A stretch of DNA of 64,000 bases. Origin: Raja brachyura (lineage: Eukaryota). Both the position numbers and the translations under genes were made by a program. The first letter of the stretch is position 1, and each line of letters begins with the position of its first letter. The DNA is taken from positions 14,136,001 through 14,200,000 of the forward strand of contig OY740796.1 in assembly GCA_963514005.1 (NCBI GenBank), read 5' to 3'. The notes beneath the pieces are model-generated. The model was not told the DNA's origin, did not search any database, and was given only the letters and a program-made list of their open reading frames with translations. Of the stretch, positions 1-11,500 are shown one piece after another.

Positions 1-113
1 GAGAAAGAAGGAACGGGGTACTGATTCTGGATGATCAGTCATGATCATATTGAATGGTAGTGCTGGCTCGGAGGGCCGAATGGCCTACTCCTGCACCTAT
101 TTTCTATGTATCT
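1..113 (+). mobile_element. CR1 LINE 3' tail
   Basis: ...GATGATCAG.CATGATCATATTGAATGG...GGGCCGAATGGCCTACTCCTGCACCTATTTTCTATG, same tail as the CR1 at 43712-44850. Confidence 0.8.
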
Positions 114-324
114 AAGCACCATAGTAATGGGCACTGCTCTGATGAATTACAAGAGGTGGGCACTAATTGGGTGCTGTATGTCCACTTTCTAAATTGTGGG
201 CAAATATGTTGGTTGTAGTCATTTGTATCCTTTTCCAACTTATTCAGAAGAAACCCACTTGTTCACAGGTAGAGTTCCTCCAGTATTTTGTGTTTTGCTC
301 AAGATTCCAGCATCTGCAATGCAT

Positions 325-570
325 ATGTTATAGGAGCAGAATTAGGCCATTTGGCCCATCAAGTCTACTCTGCCATTTCAACCCCATTCTCCTGCCTTCT
401 CCCCATAACCCCTGACCAGTTTCTTCTGTCAGTGTGTCTTTGGGATGTGGGAAGCAATCCATGTAGTCACAGGGGGAACAGACAAACTCCAGATTGATAG
501 CGTTGAAGGTCATGTTGGATGCTGGAGTTTACAGCTGAGAGGTAGAGCACTAACCACTACAACACTGTGC
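325..570 (-). mobile_element. CR1 tail fragment plus degraded tRNA-derived V-type SINE
   Basis: Similarity to the CR1 tail at 44850-44970 and to the SINEs at 45868 and 49552. Confidence 0.55.
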
Positions 571-1029
571 TACTCTTTATCTGACGCTTCACAAATTATT
601 ATCCTCCTCCAGGCCAAAAATATTATAATATTTCAATTTCATATTGAATGATGCTCAATTAATTATCTTGAAATATGACATACATTATATGCGGTTAGAT
701 TTCCCACCCCTTTACTCTATTTCTCTCCATAAGATATTCAGTTTTATGTAACAGCTTCTATTTCTGATCTAGATTGACAGAAGTGGACACAATCCTTTCA
801 ATATAGTTTACAACGACAAATTAATTAATTTCTATATCTGTTCCTGATTCTCGGCATGTTGTTTTGTCGCTTTAGTGACAGTTATCTATGAAAAGCTTCA
901 TATCAGAAGAATGAAAACATATTATGCAATGAAATCGGTATCAAGTAATTATTTTACAAATTATATAACCTTTAGCCATTGTTTGAATAATGGAAACAAG
1001 TAAAGTCGTGGATAAAACAATATATACAG

Positions 1030-2069
1030 TAGGTATGTTACAATACCTACCTTTAGCAGCGCTGCAGTTCTGCCGCTCCCCGTGTGCGCGACTTTGGCGC
1101 CTTTCAGAGGGGGGGCGGGTTTAAAATGACGATTTTTTCTAGGCAGTCCAAATCGATCCATGTCGGGCGATTTCGTCGCTGAAGAGAAATCGCTCCGACA
1201 TTCCATTCATAAAGCTATTTTTAAACTACGCTAGATTATTTATTAACTAGAGTAGTTTAAAAATCATCTTCTAAAGCTCTGAACGGTGACAGCGGAACGG
1301 ACCTAAGGTAGGCGATAAAAGAAGCTACACAGTTTATTTTTACATAAAAACTTGGTTTTTAGGAAGGCTTTAATCATATTTTCATGTTGCGAAAAGGGAA
1401 CAAAAAAAATGTATGAACCGGCTGTATTTTCCATACTGACTTCACCGCAAACCACAACGTTCTAATCCACCGCATTCCACTAAAACCCACTCGCTAGTTG
1501 ATTTAAATGGCCATTAATTTACAGGCATTAAACACTAAATTCCTTCCAATTGGCCTATAAATTCATGAAAATGAGATTTAAAAATTATGTTATATTGTGG
1601 ATTATTGTGGACTATTAATGTTATTTGGACACTTTGGCAATTAAAAAAAAGTTTATCTTTTCTTAAGAAATGGATAGATGTTTAGATCTACTCATTGAAT
1701 TTTGTAATTAGCTACAATTAGATAACTAACTAATTATATGCTTTAATTTCAGGTCATCCAAGTAAGATTGTTTCATATTTGTTTCAGAATGCTTCAATCT
1801 ATAATAACTGAAAATTTCATTGAGTTCTCTTAATTTTTAAGAAAGTTATGGGCTTTCAACTGTTCTAGATCACAGCTTTTGAGTTAAGTCAATTGAAAGG
1901 CAATGGGGAACAAGATGCTAATTTCCGAGTATGAAAATGGTCATAACTTTCTTAATACTGAAGATATGAAAGTGAATTAGGTGTCAAATTAAACTTCTTT
2001 TTATGCTTTATCTGATGGGATAAATTGCAGACTTGATTTTTTAAATCTCAAAATGTTGTAACATTGCTA
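1030..2069. mobile_element. Non-autonomous DNA-transposon-like element with short imperfect TIRs
   Basis: Left end TAGGTATGTTACAA (1030-1043) vs reverse complement of right end TAGCAATGTTACAA (2056-2069), 12/14 match; CpG-rich left part; no transposase ORF. Confidence 0.55.
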
Positions 2070-2084
2070 CATACAGGATAGAGG

Positions 2085-2245
2085 AAACATACAGAGCGCT
2101 GGGGAGACTCGGCATCAGAGGGTGAAGCAGCATCTGTGGTGGGGATAGACACAACAGGCTGGAGTAACACAGGCTGGAGTAACACAGGCTGCATCTCTGG
2201 AGAGAAGGGATGGGGACGTTTCGGGTCGACACCCTTCGTCAGACT
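2085..2245 (-). mobile_element. Penelope-like terminal-repeat fragment with hammerhead-like core (2215-2242)
   Basis: Minus strand reads CTGACGA A GGGT GTCG ACCC GAAAC GTC followed by the family tail ...CTCTCCAGAGATGC; a 15-bp tandem duplication lies inside. Confidence 0.6.
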
Positions 2246-2249
2246 GGAG

Positions 2250-2375
2250 GGGAGACGACGGGCAGGGAACGGGCGATGGGAGGAACCAAGTGCACGGGTT
2301 GTGTTGCACCGCCGGACGGATTGGAGAGTCGGGCAGGAAGCGGAGGTTGTCCTGGAGGCGCGTCCCCATTGTTAG
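2250..2375 (+). promoter_or_regulatory. Probable promoter and non-coding first exon of the Pth2-like gene
   Basis: CpG-rich unique stretch upstream of the 5504 acceptor; reverse CCAAT (GATTGG ~2319), ETS-like CAGGAAG, candidate donor TAG|GTGATG at 2376. Confidence 0.45.
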
Positions 2376-2393
2376 GTGATGTGATGCCGGCGG

Positions 2394-3809
2394 CCGGGAA
2401 TGTGCGGGACCGGGAATGTGCGGGACCGGGAATGTGCGGGACCGGGAATGTGCGGGACCGGGAATGTGCGGGACCAGGGACCGGGAATGTGTGGGACCGG
2501 GAATGTGTGGGACCAGGGACCGGGAATGTGCGGGACAGGGAATGTGCGGGACCAGGGACCGGGAATGTGCGGGACCAGGGAATGTGCGGGACAGGGAATG
2601 TGTGGGACCAGGGACCGGGAATGTGTGGGACCGGGAATGTGTGGGACCAGGGACCGGGAATGTGTGGGACCGGGAATGTGTGGGACCAGGGACCGGGAAT
2701 GTGTGGGACCGGGAATGTGTGGGACCGGGAATGTGCGGGACCAGGGAATGTGTGGGACCAGGGACCGGGAATGTGCGGGACCGGGAATGTGCGGGACAGG
2801 GACAGGGAATGTGCGGGACCAGGGAATGTGTGGGACAGGGAATGTGTGGGACCAGGGACCGGGAATGTGTGGGACGGGGGACCGGGAATGTGTGGGACCA
2901 GGGAATGTGCGGGACCAGGGACCGGGAATGTGCGGGACCAGGGAATGTGCGGGACCAGGGACCGGGAATGTGTGGGACCAGGGAATGTGCGGGACCAGGG
3001 AATGTGCGGGACCGGGGACCGGGAATGTGTGGGACCGGGGACCGGGAATGTGTGGGACCGGGGACCGGGAATGTGTGGGACCGGGGACCGGGAATGTGTG
3101 GGACCGGGGACCGGGAACCGGGAATGTGTGGGACAGGGGAACGGGAATGTGTGGGACCAGGGACCGGGAATGTGTGGGACCAGGGACCGGGAATGTGTGG
3201 GACAGGGGACCGGGAATGTGTGGGACCAGGGACCGGGAATGTGTGGGACGGGGGACCGGGAATGTGTGGGACCAGGGACCGGGAATGTGTGGGACCAGGG
3301 ACCGGGAATGTGTGGGACCGGGGACCGGGAATGTGTGGGACCAGGGACCGGGAATGTGTGGGACAGGGGACCGGGAATGTGTGGGACCGGGAATGTGTGG
3401 GACAGGGGACCGGGAATGTGTGGGACCAGGGACCGGGAATGTGTGGGACCGGGGACCGGGAATGTGTGGGACCGGGGACCGGGAATGTGTGGGACCGGGA
3501 ATGTGTGGGACCGGGGACCGGGAATGTGTGGGACAGGGGAACGGGAATGTGTGGGACCGGGAATGTGTGGGACCGGGGACCGGGAATGTGTGGGACAGGG
3601 GAACGGGAATGTGTGGGACCAGGGACCGGGAATGTGTGGGCCCGGGAATGTGTGGGACAGGGGACCGGGAATGTGTGGGACCAGGGACCGGGAATGTGTG
3701 GGACCAGGGACCGGGAATGTGTGGGACAGGGGACCGGGAATGTGTGGGACCGGGGACCGGGAATGTGTGGGACAGGGGAACGGGAATGTATGGGCCCGGG
3801 AATGTGTGG
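2394..3809 (+). repeat. G-rich variant minisatellite (GGGAATGTGY + GGGAC(C)(A/G) modules; 16/17/23-bp units)
   Basis: Directly visible tandem array of ~1.4 kb; all GGG runs on the + strand. Confidence 0.97.
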
Positions 3810-3825
3810 ATAACACAATAGTGTT

Positions 3826-3922
3826 GGTACACAAAAGGCTGGAGAAACTCAGCGGGTGCAGCAGCATCTAAGGAGCGAAGGAGATAGGCGACGTTTCGGG
3901 CCGAAACCCATCTTCAGACTGA
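3826..3922 (-). mobile_element. Penelope-like terminal-repeat fragment with hammerhead-like core (3890-3917)
   Basis: Minus strand CTGAAGA T GGGT TTCG GCCC GAAAC GTC...GATGCTGCTGCACCCGCTGAGTTTCTCCAGC. Confidence 0.65.
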
Positions 3923-4174
3923 TGGGAACACTATTGTGTTCACTATTAGGAACACAATAGCGTTATCTTTTCTTGGGCTGTCCCTTGGGATTAACAACAA
4001 ATTACTTCCAGACCATTTTGGAGGAATGTAAGAGACTATTACTTTACTGTGGTGTGCCTATTATGAACCAACAATTGTACTGTTTTGAAGAGTGAGGTTT
4101 TGCTCCAAAGCCAAGGATGTACCATGACCGTGCAGACCAACTCTTGCTGCATAGATTAGGCATATACATACACA

Positions 4175-4625
4175 AACTAGGCATCTGTGAAGGGAAATAG
4201 ATAGATGGTGTTTTGTGTTGGGACCTTTCCTCAGTCTGAAAATGTGCCCTGACCTGAAATTTCACCTGTTCATTTCCCTCCACCGATTCTACCTGACCCG
4301 CTGAGTTTCTCTGGCAGTTTTTATTTGCCCAAGATTCCAGCATCTGCAGTCTATTATGTCTCCGTAAATGTATGTGGTGATCATAATGTTAACTTTTCAA
4401 TACAGTGACTGCCTCAAAGCTCCTTAGTTATATTGTATCTTAATAAAATAAATTATAACAGCCCCCAGGATATGATTATCAATATATCAGACCCTACTTC
4501 ACCTTGATGCAGAGCTTCAAGCCGAAACATCAACTTGCATCCTATGCATCTATGTGCTGCTTGACCAGCTGAATTCTTTCAGCGTCCTGTTTTCCAGATT
4601 CCAGCATCAGTACTCTTTCTTGTCT
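4175..4625 (+). mobile_element. Two degraded Penelope-like terminal-repeat fragments
   Basis: CTGACCCGCTGAGTT...GATTCCAGCATCTGCAG family motifs. Confidence 0.5.
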
Positions 4626-4669
4626 TTATGATTGAGAGACATTGAATTAAATTGATGCTGTGAATGTAA

Positions 4670-5170
4670 TCACACAATCACAATCGCAAAATACTTTATT
4701 AGTCAAGTATGTTTTGCAACACACGAGAAATTTCATTTTCCATGTCAGTCATACAAATAAAAAGCAACAGAACTCACAAAATACATTTTAACAAACATCC
4801 ACCACAGTGACTCCTCCACATTCCTCGCTGTGAAGAAAGACGAAAAAAAGTTCAAATCTCTTCCCTTCTATGCTCTCCCTCGGTTGGGGGCCTCCCTGGA
4901 CGGGAGGATCGTGACTCCCGTAGCCGGCGGTCAGTTCCTGCATCGGGGGGATGTTAGCTCCCCCGCGCCGGTGATCGGACGCCGGGTCGGGGTTGATCGA
5001 GCCTCTGTATCGTTGGAGCTCCCGACTAGCCTCTCCGGAGACTGCGAGCTCTTGATGGTAAGTCCGCAGGCAGCGGTTGAAAGTCAGCCCGAGGAGGCTT
5101 CAGCTGCATTGATGGTAGGCTGCGGATCGGCCGGAGATGCGACCCGGAAAACAATTGCATCTCCGGCAAT
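4670..5170 (-). mobile_element. GC-rich SINE-like non-autonomous retroelement
   Basis: Minus-strand tail GTGGTGGATGTTTG...AATAAAGTAT plus (GATTGT)n; shares the GTGGTGGATGTTTG motif with the 34865-35692 element; CpG-rich body. Confidence 0.55.
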
Positions 5171-5517
5171 GGCCATAGGTACAGCACAAGAACAAGCTCT
5201 TTGGCCCACAATATCTGTGCAAACATGATGCTAAGACCATCATACCTGCACGTAACCCATACCCATAAGCGGTATGTTTTAACCTCTGATATTGTGGAAA
5301 GTAAGATGGAGATACAGGACATCCCAATTTCTGCCTCCTTCTTGGTTCATGGATTATGTTGCAGGAGAACTGCTAATTTTAATTATGAATAATGTTAATT
5401 TTAAAACAATGTACTGTAGTTTATAATCTGAGGAGGTAGGGATCAGTAGCAACATGTGATCTCTTTGCAAAGTACTTCATACGGCTTTTTTTTCTTTTTG
5501 AAGTTTCATGATTAAAA

Positions 5518-5595
5518 ATGGCAGAGACAGAAGTCAATACAGTGTTTCTGCAGCAACTGATGGAGTTGGGTATTTCTGAAGATAAAGCCAAGGAG
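5518..5595 (+). CDS. Pth2-like gene coding exon 1 (UBA-like, first half); exon starts at 5504
   Basis: Pyrimidine tract plus AG at 5502-5503; [26 protein letters not shown]; donor GAG|GTTGGT. Confidence 0.85.
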
Positions 5596-8500
5596 GTTGG
5601 TGAAAGATTAATTATATTCACAGCAGAGAAAATTATAATTTGTTATCTTTTGTCTGTAGCTTCAAGATCTTCAATTTGATGTGTCCACTCTAATACTATT
5701 CTGCACTCATTTTAATTTCTTCCTTTTCAATTACTTATTTGCTTCCAATTATCTTTTATGGTTCTGCCTCACCGTTGCATTGTGTAGACAAAGTAAAAGT
5801 ATTTTCAAGCGTGACCTTCATTCATGTTGTATCAATTGTGCGTCTATCTCATTTGGGCAGAAATCCATGCCTGGTTGCTTGTACTAATTACAAAGTACAA
5901 TAGCAGCAGTGGATTGTACTTGGCTTCTCATATTTGCTTTCATTTGGCATGGGACCAAGGGTGAATTTCTAAACTAAATCCAACTGTTCCTGATCCTTTA
6001 CTTTTCTGGTTCCACTTATCACCTACCAGCCTCTGGTCATGTTGCAGTTGTATAAGACGTTGGTGAGGCCACATTTAGAGTATTGTGTTCAGTTTTGATC
6101 ACCATGTTATAGGAAAGATGTTGTGAAGCTGAAAAGGGTTCAGATACAATTTACCAGGATGTTGCCAGGACTTAAAGGACTGAGCTACAGGTTGAGCTGG
6201 CTAGAGCTTTATTCCTTGGAGCGCAGGAGAATTAGGGGTGATCTTATAGAGGTGTACAAAATCATGAAAGGAAGAAATCGGGTAAACGCACAGATTTTTT
6301 TGCCCAGAGTAGGGGAATCAAGAAAGGAAATGCTGTACTTGGATGAATGAAAATACTTAAACTGTATTAATCTTGGCTTTTGTTATACCAGTCAATTTGA
6401 ATTATATTAACAATGTTTATTAATTATTTTTATTCAAAATGCAGTAGCTAGCTGTATAGAAATAGACCATTTCGCCTATTATGTGCATCATGACCAAAAA
6501 TATATTGTTTAAATTAAGCTCAGTTTCCAATTATTGGTCTTTGGTCTTTAAGGCTAAGGCTCTTCATAATCTTCATTATGATTATGTCTACATTATTTTA
6601 ATGTTTGGATTATTGTGTTGTCATAACTTTTAAACATTCAGGGAAAAAAAATTGTGCCTCTTGGTCTGAATAGGTGTGATGACATGAGATCCAGGTTGGT
6701 TCTGTTCTGCTTTCTTACCTTTCGAATTGGTGCACTTCCTGACTGAAGCATCATCCACTCTGATGTTTCAGTGAAGCACTAAGGAAGGTTTGCCAAGTTG
6801 GAGTTCTGTTTCACATGCAAAGCATTAAGTTGAGGTCCATGATATTTGATTAAGTTGGGTATAAAAATCTAGTGGCTTTATTCATACAAAACGGGATGTT
6901 TTGCCACATCTTGGTCACATAATTCTGTAGTAAATGCCATGGTATAAATGGCTCTTCACTTTCAATTACTCTTTGAGAAATATACAGTGCAATTAGGTTG
7001 CCATTGATGATATTGACTGAGGTTTAAAGATAATTCATTGGTGGGGATGTACTTTGATTTGCTCTGTGATATAATAATGTACAACATAAATAACAGTTTC
7101 TTCCTTTAAAAGAAAATTGATCTCCCTGCTGCGCTTCCTTCCTGCTCCGAGGTCATGTGTCTTTCTTTAGTGCCTCATCTAATTGTCTAATTGAGTACAT
7201 GTTTTAATAGTTTTAGAGGAAACTCTGACAGTGTTCCTGGTATTTCAAAAGTTTAAGTGTTTACTGCTGATCAAAGTGATTCTTTCTATGATCTCTCCTT
7301 ACCATATGTCATTGTATCATTTATGATGAGTCTTCAATTAACTAATCAATATATTTTGTCTGGTCACAGGCTCTGGTTAAAACTGGGAATCAATCCAGTG
7401 ATTCTGCTGCTATGTTTTACTTCAGTGAGCTTGAAGTAAGTGTCATGTCTATGATGTTTCTCACAAGTAGTGATTTCTTGATATATCTCTGCAATAACAG
7501 TGAATGTGATCTATTTTTTTTTAAAACGTACCGGTATGTGTTGTAACATTTTACTGTCCAGCCAAGGCTTGGACAAAACGTGGTGGGTTTTGGCTTATTT
7601 TATTAACATGAGCCATTTACAGCAAGGGAGATGAATCTTGCAATCAAGTTTATACATGATCTAATTTGTCTGAGTTTCAGAGAAGCATTAACTCACAATC
7701 AGATTATAACAGAAATACTTTATTGACATGCAAACTACACATTTTCGTTTCTGTAAATTGGACAGAGCACTTTTAGTCATGATTTCCACAAGTAATGACA
7801 ACAATGTGCCCGGTGCATCTTTCCTAATTGCTGACAACAAAACTGCTTCAAAAGGTTGTGACCTATCACCATTGTTGTTCACTCTTAATTAAACAAGGAG
7901 CAGGTTGCACGGCATCAGAATCATTTATGATTTAGAAGTGCCTCCATTAGAATATCAGCTTTTATCTTTAGTTGTCCATATTGATTTTCATTTCCTGCCC
8001 TATTGCACACAGCCAGCATTGAGAAGCTGCCGACTGAAAATGTGGTTCATGTCCTGGTGCTTGTAAAAGGGAGAAAAGCACAAGTGATTTCTTTAAATGA
8101 AATTGTTCTAGTTAGGCTGCTTTTTTTAATTTTTGTTTTCCTGGCCAATTTTGGGGGTTTTGTGCAAAATGTAACCCCCATTTATTGCACAGAAATCAGT
8201 GAAATATAGTTTCAAGGCTATTGTTCCATTGACTCGGCTTTAAGAATTGTTTGTGAAAATAGAGCAATGGGGAAGCTATTGCACCAGCTTTCAGGATGTG
8301 TGAAAGTATTCAAGCCACTAAATTGCAGGGAAGTCCAGAGACAACGACGGACACAAAGTAGGCATGCGTATATGTAATCTATAATGATCGTGAAATGAGG
8401 TTTAAATTAGAGCCCCAATCTGGAATGTATTGCATATCTTAGGACTGAAAGCTATAGGGACGATCCCAATTAAAAACTTAATATTTTTAACAACTTTATC

Positions 8501-11500
8501 TGATTTAGATTTAAAATAAAAATCAAATAAGCCTTTGAAACCTTCCATTTGTTCCTTGAACTGCGGCTCCATTAAATATACTTTTCCTTGGCACCATAAT
8601 ACTGCAGCATAACGCATGCAATTTATCATGTCATTGTTTATCTCATCGTGCCATGGCAGAAAATTAACTTGTGGTTTTTCCGTTGGCATCACTTAAGCAT
8701 TTTTATGAGCAGTGGCAGGTTCTGAGACTGTTCATCCTGCTTGTATAAGCATGGGATGTACAGCATCTGCATCCCCTCTGATTGGCACTATTTTATCTTT
8801 GCATTTTGGATTTTATTTCCTGTGTGCCACAGCTCTCTGGCATGTTCGAAACGCTACCTTTCCACACCTTAACATTCTCATGGGATGAGTTTTGAGGGTT
8901 TATTTGCAGTACAGAATTGATTTTTTTATTTAGTCTTTTCTTTTTAACTCAGTTTTGTTATTATTTCCTGTACCACTTAATTGCGATAAACAATATTGGG
9001 CTTTGTAAGACAGGCACATCTTGCATTCAGCATTGATATCCTTGCACTGTTGGGCAAGTTAGACCAATTTAATGGGATTTGGTCTCCATTCCTTGAATAT
9101 CTTAAGGGCTCAATGTGACTCGGTTCGAGGGCCTGACCGAGACCTGAACGAAGGAATGGACGAAGAATATATTATTGATCACGGATATATTACTTCATAA
9201 ATATTGTTTATATAATACACCATTGTTATTTTATTATTTTTCACATTTTCCTACTTTTCACAAAAAAAATTATAATAAAATGTTTAGAAGTATAAACATG
9301 AAATGATGGTAACCTTTAAACAAATACTGAAATGTTGGTAATGAAAATTCTATTCATACAATCCATCGCATTCCTAAGAATGTTGTTTTAATATGTATTT
9401 ATACTTCTAATAAAAAATATTTAACAAAAAAAAAGCATTGATATCCAAGATTTAGATATTCAGTAACCTTTGTCTTTGCTTTAAGTAAATCCCTACTGCA
9501 CAACACCCACACTTCAAAATATTCATAAGTTATTGTGAGTCATGTTCACATGTTCTATTTTGAGCCCAGGATGTTCCATCAAGTGTAGCTTTGTTGCCTT
9601 ATTTTTTAATTAAAAATAATTTAGCAATGTTGAGATGAGACCTGACGGGAATCATTCAGTTGCTCCACTTTCAGAACTGGCTTACCCACAGAAGACAGAG
9701 AGGCTTGTGGTGGAAGGATATTATTCTAGCTGGAAGTCTGTGACCAGTGGTATTCTGTAGCGATAAATGTGGGAGGTTTCTTTATATCTATATAAATATA
9801 TATATATGGAAATATATGCAAATTTAGATGGGTTAGTTAATGCGTTTGCACACTCCACAACAGTTGGAGTTTCAGACAGAAAAGAAAGCTGTCAAAAGAT
9901 GCTGCAGATAGATCAGCAATGGATACGAGCAGAGAAATGGCTGATAGTTTAAACCGGGCAAGTAAGAGGTGTTGCTGTTTGAGAATTCAAATGTATGAGC
10001 AAAGTATAGAGTCAATGACGGGATCCTTAACAGCATTGTTGTACAAAAGAATCACGGGTCCAAGGTCATTGCCTCCTGAAATGGAAACATAAGTAGATGG
10101 AGTGATAAAGAAGTTGTATGGTATGCTTGGCTTCATCAGTTGGGGCATTGAGTACGAGTCAGAAAGTCGTTTTGCAACTTTATAGAACTTTGGTTAGGCT
10201 GCATTGAGAGTAGAGTATTGTGTGCAGTTCCAGATGCCCTGTTAGAGGAGGAATGTGCAGGTTTTGTAGAGGGTGCAGATGAGATTTACCAGGACGCTGC
10301 CTGGATTAGATGTGAAGGGAGGTTGGACAAACGATTTGATCTCTTCAGAGTGCTGGAGTCTGAGGAAGCCTGTTGGAAGATCATATGCAGGCGGAAGATA
10401 TTAGTTTAAATTGGCACCATGTTTGACACGAGCATTCTGGGCTGAAGGGCCTATTCCTGTGCTGGAGTGTTCCGTTGGCAGTCTACAAGTGAATGCACAA
10501 TGAAGCCCCTTAGCTTTTTTTAATAACAGTAATTGCTGCCAACTTTTAGTAAGTGACATATTATTCTTGCAGAGAAAACAGTTAATGTTTCAAGACTGTG
10601 ATCTTTCTTGTTTTTTTAGAATTTGTCTTTCCTAGCCTCAAAAGATATGCCATGCACTCATTAACAGGAAATGCTTTGCATCCTAGTAATCGCTTTGACC
10701 AAAATTTGCTGTTGGTTTTTTGAAATTACTATGTATTTTTCTTTAGCTTGTTGGTTATGAAATGTCCAAGAGAAGGCTTTTGAGATCTCCGGAGGGGACA
10801 GCCATCTGTGAATCATCTTCCTGCTGGACTCCTGGTGATCTAGCTAGACCCCACCATGCTGCGAATCCTTCACAGTGTAAATACCTACCAGAAATGTGAT
10901 AATGATACAACTTTTGTATCACATCGTTAAGGATAATAGCCTCAATAATGACCTCATTTTCTTTGAGACAGCTGATCCCCACTCAAATAACTCCAGCTGC
11001 TATTGGTTCTGTACCCATCCTGGTTTGTTGTTAAATCCCGAATGATAACTGTTAACGTTTAGTGTTCAAACCAAATATACGTTTGTTCAGAGTCAAAAAT
11101 CTTTAATTACAATACTTCAATTGATGCATGTGAAAAATTAATTGCCAGAGTTAGAAATTCATCTTTTTCCTATATTTTAATCTTTAGATGTTTCCTGGGC
11201 TTGAGGCTAATGAGTCCTTGAACGATGAGTACAAGATGGTACTTGTTGTGAACATGGAATTGACCATGGGAGTCGGAAAGGTATTGTATTTATGACAGCT
11301 TCGTCACAGAGGAACGGCATGGACCAGATTAAAATAAACTTGCAATTAATTGAAATCATACTTGAGAATCTTAGTTGTATATAGTAAACAATTTTTTTTT
11401 AATGTTAATTTAAATTGTGCATGGATCCTGAGATGGGATCTGGGGAATCAATACTGCATTTGTTTCCTTTGAGTCTGTAATAGAAGTGATGATGAATTCA

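Noticed and set aside
2394-3809. CRISPR-like array
   Set aside because: No unique spacers, no cas genes, eukaryotic context
2115-3871. Six long ORFs of 465-567 aa on both strands
   Set aside because: Artefact of a stop-free minisatellite; repetitive peptides in all frames with no domain
10747-10899. Extra exon of the Pth2-like gene (good acceptor, 50 open codons [10 protein letters not shown]...)
   Set aside because: No convincing in-frame donor, no domain similarity, and the protein is complete without it; a poison exon cannot be excluded without RNA-seq
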